From Klebsiella phage vB_KvM-Eowyn: DNA of 40,000 bases. The notes beneath the pieces are model-generated. The model worked only from the letters and a program-made list of their open reading frames with translations, ran no database searches and was not told the DNA's origin. Below are positions 7,616 through 16,113 of the stretch, piece by piece; positions within the stretch are counted from its first letter, which is position 1; every line of letters starts with the position of its first letter. Location: the sequence record LR881104.1; one strand, 5' to 3'. Made by a program: the position numbers and the translations under genes.

Positions 7616-8587
7616 ATGACTGACCGCACTCTTTCTTTATACGGCGCCGGTGGCGCTGGCAGTAATCAGGTTAAACCATTTATTGGTGTAAGTACTCTCC
7701 CAGGCTATGCTAAAATGGCCTGTACGCTTATCGACACCAGTGATAGCAACATCACCGATGGCGTACCGGAAGAGAACGTATTTATCCTGGACGGCGTGGA
7801 TGGTTCCGGTAAAGTCCGCGCCCAGAACTATGAGGTCATCCTCAACACTACCCGTCAAATTCTTCTTCAACATCCCTTCGGTGACGTCGCGGTCATCGTG
7901 TTTTCTGCAAGCGGCGGTTCCGGTTCGGTGTTCGCCCCGATCATCATGCAGGAAGCTATCGCCAAAGGCGTGCCGATCATCGGTATCGTTATTGGTACCC
8001 ACGGCACCGCTAAAGAAGCGGAAAACACAGTTAATACACTGAAGTCCATGGACAACATGGCACGTAAGAACGGCGTCCCGTTTGTTATCATCTATGAACG
8101 CAACCGTCGCGATTACGGCCGCAAAAAGGTGGACGAAGCAATCCGCGCAGCCATCCTGCAAATTTCACTGCTGGTTGGTACCATGAACAACAACTCCGGC
8201 CTGGACAGCGCCGACATCAAAAACTGGGTCTATTTCCAGTCGGTGACGGATGTTCCACCACAATTGGCTTTGCTGGATATTATCCTTAATGAAGAATGTT
8301 CTAAGGATATCAGTGATCCTATTTCGGTGGCCAGCATCTATGAAGAAGGGCACGATGCTGAGTTTCCTTTTGCTTCTGACTACGGTTGCGAAGGGTTTAA
8401 AGCCAGTGGAATTGCCCCGGAACATAAAGAAGTTCATTTCGTCATTTCTATCAGTGATGTGCCTCAGCTCTTCAGTATGGAAAAAGAGCAGGTCGACCGG
8501 TATCGTGAGGTTAAAAACTCACGAGTAGTCCAATCGTCCCTCGTGGATAAAAACGACAAAACTACCGACGACGGCATGGTTCTTTAA
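7616..8587 (+). CDS. phuZ: PhuZ-like phage tubulin/FtsZ-family cytoskeletal protein
   Basis: GAGGAGSNQVKPF near the N-terminus; the tubulin/FtsZ loop appears as FSASGGSGSVFAPIIMQEA; AIRAAILQISLLVG...ADIKNWVYF; VHFVISISDV; and an acidic C-terminal tail TTDDGMVL resembling the PhuZ tail. Confidence 0.93.
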   Translation: MTDRTLSLYGAGGAGSNQVKPFIGVSTLPGYAKMACTLIDTSDSNITDGVPEENVFILDGVDGSGKVRAQNYEVILNTTRQILLQHPFGDVAVIVFSASGGSGSVFAPIIMQEAIAKGVPIIGIVIGTHGTAKEAENTVNTLKSMDNMARKNGVPFVIIYERNRRDYGRKKVDEAIRAAILQISLLVGTMNNNSGLDSADIKNWVYFQSVTDVPPQLALLDIILNEECSKDISDPISVASIYEEGHDAEFPFASDYGCEGFKASGIAPEHKEVHFVISISDVPQLFSMEKEQVDRYREVKNSRVVQSSLVDKNDKTTDDGMVL

Positions 8588-8605
8588 AACGCAACATAAA
8601 CCACA

Positions 8606-8637
8606 GGGAGAGGCTATTAGCCTCTCCCCATATGCCG
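8606..8637 (+). terminator. Hairpin terminator with 3' TATGCCG
   Basis: GGGAGAGGCT (8606-8615), ATT, AGCCTCTCCC (8619-8628), then CA-TATGCCG (8631-8637). Confidence 0.7.
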
Positions 8638-8736
8638 CTTTATCAAAATACCAACAATTAACTAGAACGCGTTTTAGGCTGGTTAAAAAAGACATCTTCG
8701 ATTAATGGTAGGACGGATACAAAAACTCTTTACATT

Positions 8737-8746
8737 TATATTACTA
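8737..8746 (+). promoter_or_regulatory. TATATTACTA promoter-like element
   Basis: Exact TATATTACTA about 36 bp upstream of ATG 8782. The same octamer recurs at three other gene starts. Confidence 0.6.
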
Positions 8747-8781
8747 CATTGACTACCAGCCACAAATTCCTGGAGTACGTA

Positions 8782-9177
8782 ATGTACAAAACTGATAATA
8801 AAAGTTATCGGGCAGTTTATTTGTTTGATGTGAGTGAATCATTGCGGGACCTCGATGATATCATCGCCACCAACTTTCAAATGCCTGATGACCGAATGCG
8901 CGGACAAATCATAATTTTGGGTATTGTCCAAGCAATGAAGCAATGGGGATTGCCTGGTCTGAAAATAAACCCATCAACATATATCCAAGGAGAGGAATGG
9001 TTTCATTGGGAAACTCTCGGTGAATCTATTATGGATTTACTAAACGATATGGCCCTTTATTTTCGAACTCGACATGGCCAAACATTATATCGATATTGTT
9101 CCTCCATCCCGACTTTAGAAATTGATGATATTATTCTGGATGAAGGAAACATCTTCTTCTGCTTTGAGGCAATATAA
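8782..9177 (+). CDS. Hypothetical small protein, first gene of the small-gene array
   Basis: ATG at 8782 with TGGAG upstream. The track start at 8749 is a TTG immediately after the promoter-like motif. Confidence 0.7.
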   Translation: MYKTDNKSYRAVYLFDVSESLRDLDDIIATNFQMPDDRMRGQIIILGIVQAMKQWGLPGLKINPSTYIQGEEWFHWETLGESIMDLLNDMALYFRTRHGQTLYRYCSSIPTLEIDDIILDEGNIFFCFEAI

Positions 9178-9740
9178 TGGAAAACACCAATGTATTACTC
9201 GCAACAGGCGTCGTTGCTGACAATATTCGATATCAATCAGAACTCTTATTTCAACCGGTAGGTCTGACGCCACTAACTCAACAAGAAGCTATTGCTATTG
9301 TGCATCGAATGATGAGTGAACTCATCGAAGTTACACAAGCATGGAGCCGCCGTCAGATGATATCCTGGCCTACCATATTAGAAGTTTGCCGACCAGAATT
9401 ACTGCACACGCATTTAGAAATCCTCTGGCCAACTAATTGGACCCCAACGAACGAAGACGATGAGCCGCCGTACTGTCCTTTGGCGGATGTATTCGTGTCG
9501 GAGATATTGGGAGCTGCGGTTAATGTCCTGGATCATCGAATTTTGCGTGCTATTGTGCGGGATACAAAGAGCTGGGATGTATTCACTTTAATCCCTATCG
9601 GCGATACCGGGGACCTCATTTTAAAAAATGAGGGCGATTACCGCATCATGGATTGGATGCAGCGATATCAAAATATTGAAGATGAAAAAGCCCGTAGAGA
9701 GGCATTGGCCTGGAGTAAACGTAATGGGTATGGATTATGA
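9177..9740 (+). CDS. Hypothetical protein
   Basis: 187-aa ORF, start overlapping the previous stop. Confidence 0.75.
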   Translation: MENTNVLLATGVVADNIRYQSELLFQPVGLTPLTQQEAIAIVHRMMSELIEVTQAWSRRQMISWPTILEVCRPELLHTHLEILWPTNWTPTNEDDEPPYCPLADVFVSEILGAAVNVLDHRILRAIVRDTKSWDVFTLIPIGDTGDLILKNEGDYRIMDWMQRYQNIEDEKARREALAWSKRNGYGL

Positions 9741-10185
9741 TGATTATGGTGAGTTGTTGGATAAATTGACCCAACCCCCTGTTAACTCGGAACCAGAACC
9801 ACCCAAACCCCCATCGATTTGTTTGTCGTTTGAAGATGTTATTGAGTACGCCAATCTGGAATTGGAACAACTTAATGACGTAGCCGCAATTGCATTCAAT
9901 GCTCAATCAATGCTCCTACCTATCCTGACCGAAGTATTTTATCAAGAAAAAACGCGGATGGCCGGTAGGATGAGAACGATCACTGAACTTGAGTATTATG
10001 GTATCCCCACTCTAGTTGCTGAATCGTTTTATAATGATATCCGCGACCGAGTGTTAAATAAAGTATTGAGGCATTATCCGAACGGGGTGCATCAGGTGGA
10101 TACGGGATTTTCGTTCATGACTCCCATGGATGTTTTATTTATGCCGGTGAGGTTATCGGAGGTAAAGCATGGTCGTTGGGGATAA
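9724..10185 (+). CDS. Hypothetical protein
   Basis: In-frame ATG at 9724 with upstream GGAG. The 9628 start would overlap the previous CDS more deeply. Confidence 0.7.
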   Translation: MGMDYDDYGELLDKLTQPPVNSEPEPPKPPSICLSFEDVIEYANLELEQLNDVAAIAFNAQSMLLPILTEVFYQEKTRMAGRMRTITELEYYGIPTLVAESFYNDIRDRVLNKVLRHYPNGVHQVDTGFSFMTPMDVLFMPVRLSEVKHGRWG

Positions 10186-10651
10186 ACCACATTGTTGGAT
10201 CACTACAATACAGCCCACGGATGGGCTGTTTGATTACCATTGTCTACTTGCACTTACGGGCTTCGCCATCGGTTCTACGGAACTCATGGCTGAAGCCTTG
10301 CGTTATGCCCTCGCTATGGTGAATCCAAAGGAAGATGACCCGGTTGACGCTGAGATGCTTTGGGAAAATATCGTTGAATATATTCGAGAACTCCCAGCAG
10401 AAATGCTAGAACAGTATTTATATTTACGGCGTTGTAACTGGGCGGATTTCATGCAACTTGAAGCGGATGCTATTACGCAGGCGGTGGTCTCAGTGGCTCA
10501 AGAATACAGTGAAATTATTAGGCCAATGATTCGTTGTGGGATCACGCCTAGAAGCATCACCGATATTGTTGTTATTGATGATGCCGCGTATATTTATTAT
10601 TACCCAGAGGTAATCTCTAGAGAACATAATCGCTGGATGCTAACCTCATGA
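10169..10651 (+). CDS. Hypothetical protein
   Basis: 160-aa ORF with GGAGG upstream and overlapping neighbours. Confidence 0.75.
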   Translation: MVVGDKPHCWITTIQPTDGLFDYHCLLALTGFAIGSTELMAEALRYALAMVNPKEDDPVDAEMLWENIVEYIRELPAEMLEQYLYLRRCNWADFMQLEADAITQAVVSVAQEYSEIIRPMIRCGITPRSITDIVVIDDAAYIYYYPEVISREHNRWMLTS

Positions 10652-11016
10652 AACCAAATGTCGTTATCTTAAATGCTATCTTTATACCTGGTATGGTAAC
10701 CCACATGAACGTAGACACTAAACTTTACGTTCAAGAGTTATTCCGCGTGGTCAATATGGCTGACCAACAACACCAGTGTTGGGACCAATGGGATTCAGTA
10801 AATCAGGTATTTGAAGAACAATACCCCAATTTACATTTTGACATTGTTGGAGATATCACCAACACGACCATTCAAGAAGCCATGTCCAACTTTGACCAAA
10901 CCAAAGCCATAATGCGCGAAATAGAGGTAAAGGAAGGTGGGTATTGTGATTTCGTTGTATTGGGGGTTGATGTTGACTGTATAGCCGTTGAGGTCACCAT
11001 GTATGAACCGTTTTAA
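10648..11016 (+). CDS. Hypothetical protein
   Basis: 122-aa ORF, ATGA-coupled to the previous one. Confidence 0.7.
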   Translation: MKPNVVILNAIFIPGMVTHMNVDTKLYVQELFRVVNMADQQHQCWDQWDSVNQVFEEQYPNLHFDIVGDITNTTIQEAMSNFDQTKAIMREIEVKEGGYCDFVVLGVDVDCIAVEVTMYEPF

Positions 11017-11359
11017 TGTCGTTTATCCCTCAACACTCGAACTGTTGGAGTATTACCCCAATTTAGGATCTAAAACAGCATTCATTAATATCGTATTTTG
11101 GATTATTCAAGACCCCACCTTAGAGAGGGTAGAATGCATAGATAAGCAGGATATTATCGATATCCTGGATTGGGATAATCCGAATCTAACCCCAAATCAA
11201 ATAAATACATTAGCCAATTGTGTTTACCACGCCGTCAGTATTTATTGGCGCAAGTATCGACCGTGGTTTGTTGAAATAGGAAGAATCCATCGTGATGGTA
11301 TCGTCAAACTCAACGAAGTTAATCGCCACGCCACCATTTTCTCGATCACCCCAATATGA
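11003..11359 (+). CDS. Hypothetical protein
   Basis: ATG at 11003 is preferred over the TTG at 10988. The N-terminus is MNRFNVVYPSTLELLEYYPN. Confidence 0.65.
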   Translation: MNRFNVVYPSTLELLEYYPNLGSKTAFINIVFWIIQDPTLERVECIDKQDIIDILDWDNPNLTPNQINTLANCVYHAVSIYWRKYRPWFVEIGRIHRDGIVKLNEVNRHATIFSITPI

Positions 11360-11720
11360 CAAGGTAATCATCAATACACCAGCTGAAATGGTATTTGATT
11401 GCCCGAACGGGATTGCCTTTAACAAATTCATTGATATGGTGTTAGTGATTATTCAGCTTGCTAAAAATAAGCATGTGTTAAATACCCATCCGGAGAAAAT
11501 TACGGCACTTATTCTTACGACGTATCCTGAATTCGGCACCCATTACTGCGAAATGGTCAGTCGGCGAGTATTGGCGGCGGCATTAGTACATTACTCGGCG
11601 CTTAAACCGGCGTTGCCTGCCGATACAACAGCAGATACCATATATCGGGTAGTTGCGATGGATAAGTATGCCACCGTATTAATGCCAAGAGGACTTCAAA
11701 ATGACTACTTACGTCTTTGA
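11292..11720 (+). CDS. Hypothetical protein
   Basis: 142-aa ORF. The exact start is uncertain because of a 68-nt overlap with the previous ORF. Confidence 0.55.
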   Translation: MMVSSNSTKLIATPPFSRSPQYDKVIINTPAEMVFDCPNGIAFNKFIDMVLVIIQLAKNKHVLNTHPEKITALILTTYPEFGTHYCEMVSRRVLAAALVHYSALKPALPADTTADTIYRVVAMDKYATVLMPRGLQNDYLRL

Positions 11721-12144
11721 GTTACACCCATTTGTGGAAGCCAACCCCGATGTAGCCATTGGGGTCTATCCATACAACGTATTCTTGAGGGACGTTATTT
11801 GGGTAGCCCATCGAGGGCATCGCAAAGCTGCCGACCTCTACGAGTCCATTTTCGATATACTGGAAACAGTAGACCCCGAGGCCAAGTTACATACAGTGGG
11901 AGACATACTTAAATGTATTTGTCAGACAGCAGAGAAATTAAAACCGTGGCTAGCCCCAACGCTAAAAACATTCGGGACAGAACCAATTCAGCTATCTCAG
12001 CTCGAAGTGGTATCGGTATCCATGATGGGGGGCGTGGTATTAAAAGTAATGACCACTCCTGGATTATCCTATCAGTCGGAGAAAAAATGGACGCCCTGCG
12101 AGCCATCCTCAATCTCCCGGCCCTGTATTTCGACGACGCGCTAA
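11701..12144 (+). CDS. Hypothetical protein
   Basis: 147-aa ORF. The C-terminal ~30 aa run beneath the next gene. Confidence 0.6.
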   Translation: MTTYVFELHPFVEANPDVAIGVYPYNVFLRDVIWVAHRGHRKAADLYESIFDILETVDPEAKLHTVGDILKCICQTAEKLKPWLAPTLKTFGTEPIQLSQLEVVSVSMMGGVVLKVMTTPGLSYQSEKKWTPCEPSSISRPCISTTR

Positions 12145-12488
12145 CCTTAACCTGCACTGGCTGGGAAAATTATTATGTCCAGCACCGCCAGGAAACAAAA
12201 CAGTTTCTCTTTTATGACGTGGAAGAATTATTGTCTGCCGCGATAGAAGAGTGCTTCATGAACCAGGCGGAGTATGATACAAATAGCGCCGCGTTTAATA
12301 CAATAAGTCAAGTGCAATTCATCACGGATCATCTGTATGAAGCGATGCAGTTACTCGATGATATACTTACCATCAATCTTATCGCACGACTGGACGATCA
12401 GCATCAGATAGGGCTCGTGCGAACGATCGGCGAAGATATAGCCATAAGGATAGACCGTGCTTGCTACTTTGACAAAAACAGAAAATAA
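12087..12488 (+). CDS. Hypothetical protein
   Basis: ATG at 12087 has an excellent RBS (GGAGAAAAAATG). The track start at 11913 lies in the preceding gene. Confidence 0.65.
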   Translation: MDALRAILNLPALYFDDALTLTCTGWENYYVQHRQETKQFLFYDVEELLSAAIEECFMNQAEYDTNSAAFNTISQVQFITDHLYEAMQLLDDILTINLIARLDDQHQIGLVRTIGEDIAIRIDRACYFDKNRK

Positions 12489-12807
12489 ATGGTTGATTAT
12501 AGACCTCTGCGGGCTCATTCAAGAAATAGCTGACAGGGTCCAACGTTTTAGATTGGACCCAGATAAACTTATTTCCATCGCGGTATTTCATCTTAATTCC
12601 AGAGAAAGCCCAATTGTGGTGGACCCAGTATTCGAGAATTTAGAAGATGACATCCGTGACAATGATGCTGCATGGGACTTGGTAGAACAACAAATTACTT
12701 TATTGATTAAACAATTGGAACTCAAAGTGTCCGCGGACATTTCCAGTATACTGCAATATGAGTACTTGGAAGATGGCTTGGCCTTAAAGTACTGCTGCGA
12801 GAATTAA
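12457..12807 (+). CDS. Hypothetical protein
   Basis: 116-aa ORF with GTG start at 12457 and AAGGA about 6 nt upstream. Confidence 0.6.
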   Translation: MLATLTKTENKWLIIDLCGLIQEIADRVQRFRLDPDKLISIAVFHLNSRESPIVVDPVFENLEDDIRDNDAAWDLVEQQITLLIKQLELKVSADISSILQYEYLEDGLALKYCCEN

Positions 12808-12809
12808 CT

Positions 12810-13181
12810 ATGACTACATATGTCGTCGATGAAGCATCTTCCCGAGATGTTATTGAAAAAACAATGGCATTGTTGTTTGAACCTGACGAATGCCTGGCGT
12901 GGGAGCACATTAATTTAGCTATAAAGACAGCCAATAATGTTATCCGCGCTTTTTTTACTGACCCTGGCGACATATTGAGTGTAGTTAAAGGGGCTGTCGG
13001 CATCTATGATGATTGCGATGATTGGTTAACTGAAGACCACCCTCTGTTTATTGATTTGATAGAGGCATGTGACGAATTAGTTATGGCGGTTGATGTTCTG
13101 GTCGATGACTTGCATTTACCCAACCATGTTAGCAAAGTCAAGATAGGTGATAATGAAGGCACGGTACTCATTATTGTTTGA
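12810..13181 (+). CDS. Hypothetical protein, last gene of the small-gene array
   Basis: 123-aa ORF two nt after the previous stop. Confidence 0.7.
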   Translation: MTTYVVDEASSRDVIEKTMALLFEPDECLAWEHINLAIKTANNVIRAFFTDPGDILSVVKGAVGIYDDCDDWLTEDHPLFIDLIEACDELVMAVDVLVDDLHLPNHVSKVKIGDNEGTVLIIV

Positions 13182-13211
13182 TGATATAACCCTTCCCCGG
13201 AGCTAATTCCC

Positions 13212-13640
13212 ATGCCGCAAATTCTTAATAAAATGGATATTGGCGATACCGTCACTTTCGACGTATATCCATCGCCCATTCTAGGCACCCAGTTTAAAAA
13301 CTGTACCATCTTAGCGATTCTCGATTACGATACCGTTAAGCTGATGAATATCGACCCCGACGCGATGCATGCAAAAGTGGTGGGGTATCTACCCGCCGCA
13401 CAAAAACAGGGCAGTTGGGCGAAGGCCAGTGGCTACCCCTGGATTCGCATTCGTTTGGCAAACGGCACGATAACGGCCATCGGGCAAACCTGGATTAATG
13501 CAGACACTATCGTAATTAATGATTCCCTGACAATTACGCTTGTTTTGACCGACGCCAATCAAACGGATATTGATAAACTCTCGGTTATGATGGCTGCTAA
13601 TGGCTACGACGCCACCAAGTACTCAATTACCAGTAGTTAA
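13212..13640 (+). CDS. Hypothetical protein, beta-rich by composition
   Basis: 142-aa ORF with a CGGAGC RBS-like sequence upstream. Confidence 0.7.
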   Translation: MPQILNKMDIGDTVTFDVYPSPILGTQFKNCTILAILDYDTVKLMNIDPDAMHAKVVGYLPAAQKQGSWAKASGYPWIRIRLANGTITAIGQTWINADTIVINDSLTITLVLTDANQTDIDKLSVMMAANGYDATKYSITSS

Positions 13641-13728
13641 AAAATACTGGACTACCCTATTGTTTAGTAGGTCCCAGGAAACAGTACTCACATGTAGTGC
13701 ACCATTTTTTATCCCCTAAACTTATTTG

Positions 13729-13757
13729 CCTCTCCTTCGGGAGAGGCTCTTTTTTTC
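13729..13757 (+). terminator. Canonical intrinsic terminator
   Basis: GCCTCTC (13729-13735), CTTCG, GAGAGGC (13741-13747), then TCTTTTTTTT. Confidence 0.8.
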
Positions 13758-13824
13758 GCCTTTTTATTTTTTTACTTCGGACGTACATCGTGTACTAGAT
13801 AACAAAAATATAGGATTGTAAACC

Positions 13825-16059
13825 ATGCGCTCGCCATTTCTTTATCCTGAAGATGCGGATTACAAACGTGATTTTGCTATCTTTGGTAGATATATTAAAG
13901 ATGCTGCTTTTTTACTACACAAGCAAACGGGATATGACTTAGAATACTGCACAGACTGGGTACGTAAGTCTATCAATAAAGGTGGGAAGCACGAAGCGAA
14001 AAACCCTAAGGCGTTTATACTCAACTCTGAGAATAATGGTAACCGTAAACGCCAAGTAACGACCGTCACCGAATACATTGCAAATATCGTCAAAAACAAT
14101 AAGATTGTTGCGCCCTCCATGACGGTGTATTCTCATCCGAAACAGAAAAAGTCATTACTTGCTGAATTTATTTTGCATAAATTGGATATGCGTAAGAAAG
14201 CTAAGAAAGAAATGTTCTTAGCTGAAAAACAAATGAACGAAGCAAACCGTCTTGTAAAAGAAGCTACGGCGAATAATGACCAAACCATGGCATCACAGCA
14301 AGCTATAGTAGCTGCGACCATGTCCACCGAAAAAGCATACTTTAACTGCTTACAGACATCTGCAAAAATTGCGGCAAACAGTTTATCCGGAACGTTCGGT
14401 TTTGCGGGAACGGTACTCTTTAATAAAACAGCACACTCATCGTTAACTTCTATTTGCCGTTGCGCTGCGAGTAATGCAAATGCGAATAATGAAAGATTCC
14501 TGTCGGGGAATCGACATTATTGGTCCCTCGAAGTAACGTTGAATAATATTGTTAATATCTTAACCACGGTAGACTGCAATCGGGTTCGTGAAGTTGTGGA
14601 ACGTTACGGTCTGGTTTATCCTACCGTTGAACAAGTTGTAGAAGCGGTTCGGGGATGCACCGATTACTATTGGAGTAAAAGCAGCCCAGCACTATTTCAA
14701 AAAGTCGTGGACTTCATACACACCCTGACCCCAGAAGAGCGGGCCGGGTATCTGTATAACCAGGATGCCTACCATGTAATGAAATGTAATGATCATTTCT
14801 TTAGAGTACTTGTTAAGAAAATGATCACCATACCCGATGAATTACCGGATGACCCAGACCACTGGATGAAACTAATGGATGAAGATATCCTGATGTTTGC
14901 ATCGAGACTATGTAGCCCTTTCATGTCTGGTAAATCAGTAAAAGATTTAGAGAACGCTTATAAGGAAGGAAAAAATAAAGATTATTTGCGTTTTGTGGCC
15001 GTCGTTAAAAACGTACTGGTAAACCTGCAAGATTATGCTGATTTCATTCAAACATTTTGGGCTACCTCGAACCCACCTATGAGTTTGGCCATGATACCGA
15101 CCATGATGCGGCGTTGCGCAGTACTGTCGGATACAGACTCCACTATTTTCACTACTCAAGATTGGACTACATGGTATCAAGGAAAACTTGATTTTACTTA
15201 TGAGTCAGAATCCGTATCGGCATTGATGGTTTATTTTACCAGTTGCATGACTACACATCTCCTGGCAATGCATTCCGCTCAAATGGGTGTGGACCGAGAA
15301 CAGATGTATACGTTAGCAATGAAATCAGAATTTGCCAACCCTCTATTAGGACTAACTACTCGAGGAAAACATTATTACTCTTACGTCAGTGCTAAAGAGG
15401 GCAACGTATATAGTGAATACGTTCTGGATATTAAGGGCGTAGGGTTACGTAACTCAAAATTACCACCAAATATCCGAGAATCGAGCGATAACTTTATTCG
15501 TCACGTAATGGATACTATCATGAAAGGCGAGAAACTGTCCGTACATGAAGTACTTACGCGGGTTGCCGATGAAGAACGAGAAATTATCCGTTCTATTCAT
15601 GCTGGCGAACCAACTTACTTATCCGTAGCAAAAATCAACACAGCTGATGCCTACAAACAAAAAGAACTGAACCCCACATATCAACTATACGGATTATGGG
15701 AACAGGTGTTCGCACCCAAGTATGGACATGCCCCATTACCACCGTTTGATTGCGTAGCAGTAAATATCGATGCTAACAATAAAAGCGACATGGCGGCTTG
15801 GTTGGATAATTCCGGGGACGAGCAGTTCGCTCAACGTTTCAGAAATTGGTTGGCGGCAACCGGCAAAGATAAAATAACGCGTATTTTACTACCTACCGAA
15901 ATACTGCGGGTACATGGGTTACCTAAAGAAATTATTAATGCGTTAGATCTACGTAAAGTTTTGATGAATCTGATGGATGCACACTACCTGATTTTAGAAT
16001 CATTGGGTGTCTTTATTCGCAACCAACGTATCTCCCACCTCGTCTCTGATACCTATTGA
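13825..16059 (+). CDS. Divergent family-B DNA polymerase, palm region (no exonuclease domain seen)
   Basis: Motif B-like KIAANSLSGTFGF and motif C-like CAVLSDTDSTIF, with SLTSICR...NERFLSGNRHYW after motif B. Only about 180 aa precede motif B. Confidence 0.75.
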   Translation: MRSPFLYPEDADYKRDFAIFGRYIKDAAFLLHKQTGYDLEYCTDWVRKSINKGGKHEAKNPKAFILNSENNGNRKRQVTTVTEYIANIVKNNKIVAPSMTVYSHPKQKKSLLAEFILHKLDMRKKAKKEMFLAEKQMNEANRLVKEATANNDQTMASQQAIVAATMSTEKAYFNCLQTSAKIAANSLSGTFGFAGTVLFNKTAHSSLTSICRCAASNANANNERFLSGNRHYWSLEVTLNNIVNILTTVDCNRVREVVERYGLVYPTVEQVVEAVRGCTDYYWSKSSPALFQKVVDFIHTLTPEERAGYLYNQDAYHVMKCNDHFFRVLVKKMITIPDELPDDPDHWMKLMDEDILMFASRLCSPFMSGKSVKDLENAYKEGKNKDYLRFVAVVKNVLVNLQDYADFIQTFWATSNPPMSLAMIPTMMRRCAVLSDTDSTIFTTQDWTTWYQGKLDFTYESESVSALMVYFTSCMTTHLLAMHSAQMGVDREQMYTLAMKSEFANPLLGLTTRGKHYYSYVSAKEGNVYSEYVLDIKGVGLRNSKLPPNIRESSDNFIRHVMDTIMKGEKLSVHEVLTRVADEEREIIRSIHAGEPTYLSVAKINTADAYKQKELNPTYQLYGLWEQVFAPKYGHAPLPPFDCVAVNIDANNKSDMAAWLDNSGDEQFAQRFRNWLAATGKDKITRILLPTEILRVHGLPKEIINALDLRKVLMNLMDAHYLILESLGVFIRNQRISHLVSDTY

Positions 16060-16113
16060 CGGCATAGATGGAGAGGCTTTTTCGGCCTCTCCATCTTAGG
16101 GGGCTTTATGCCG
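16060..16113. terminator. Bidirectional hairpin with both flanking arms (CGGCATA ... TATGCCG)
   Basis: CGGCATA (16060-16066), GATGGAGAGGC (16067-16077), loop, GCCTCTCCATC (16085-16095), and TATGCCG (16107-16113) between convergent genes. Confidence 0.75.

Noticed and set aside
7637-8161. 174-aa minus-strand ORF and the other short ORFs inside phuZ
   Set aside because: They lie within a confidently assigned coding frame with no independent signals.
11913-12086. Upstream extension of the 12087..12488 gene
   Set aside because: The extension overlaps the preceding gene and lacks an RBS, whereas ATG 12087 has GGAGAAAAAATG.
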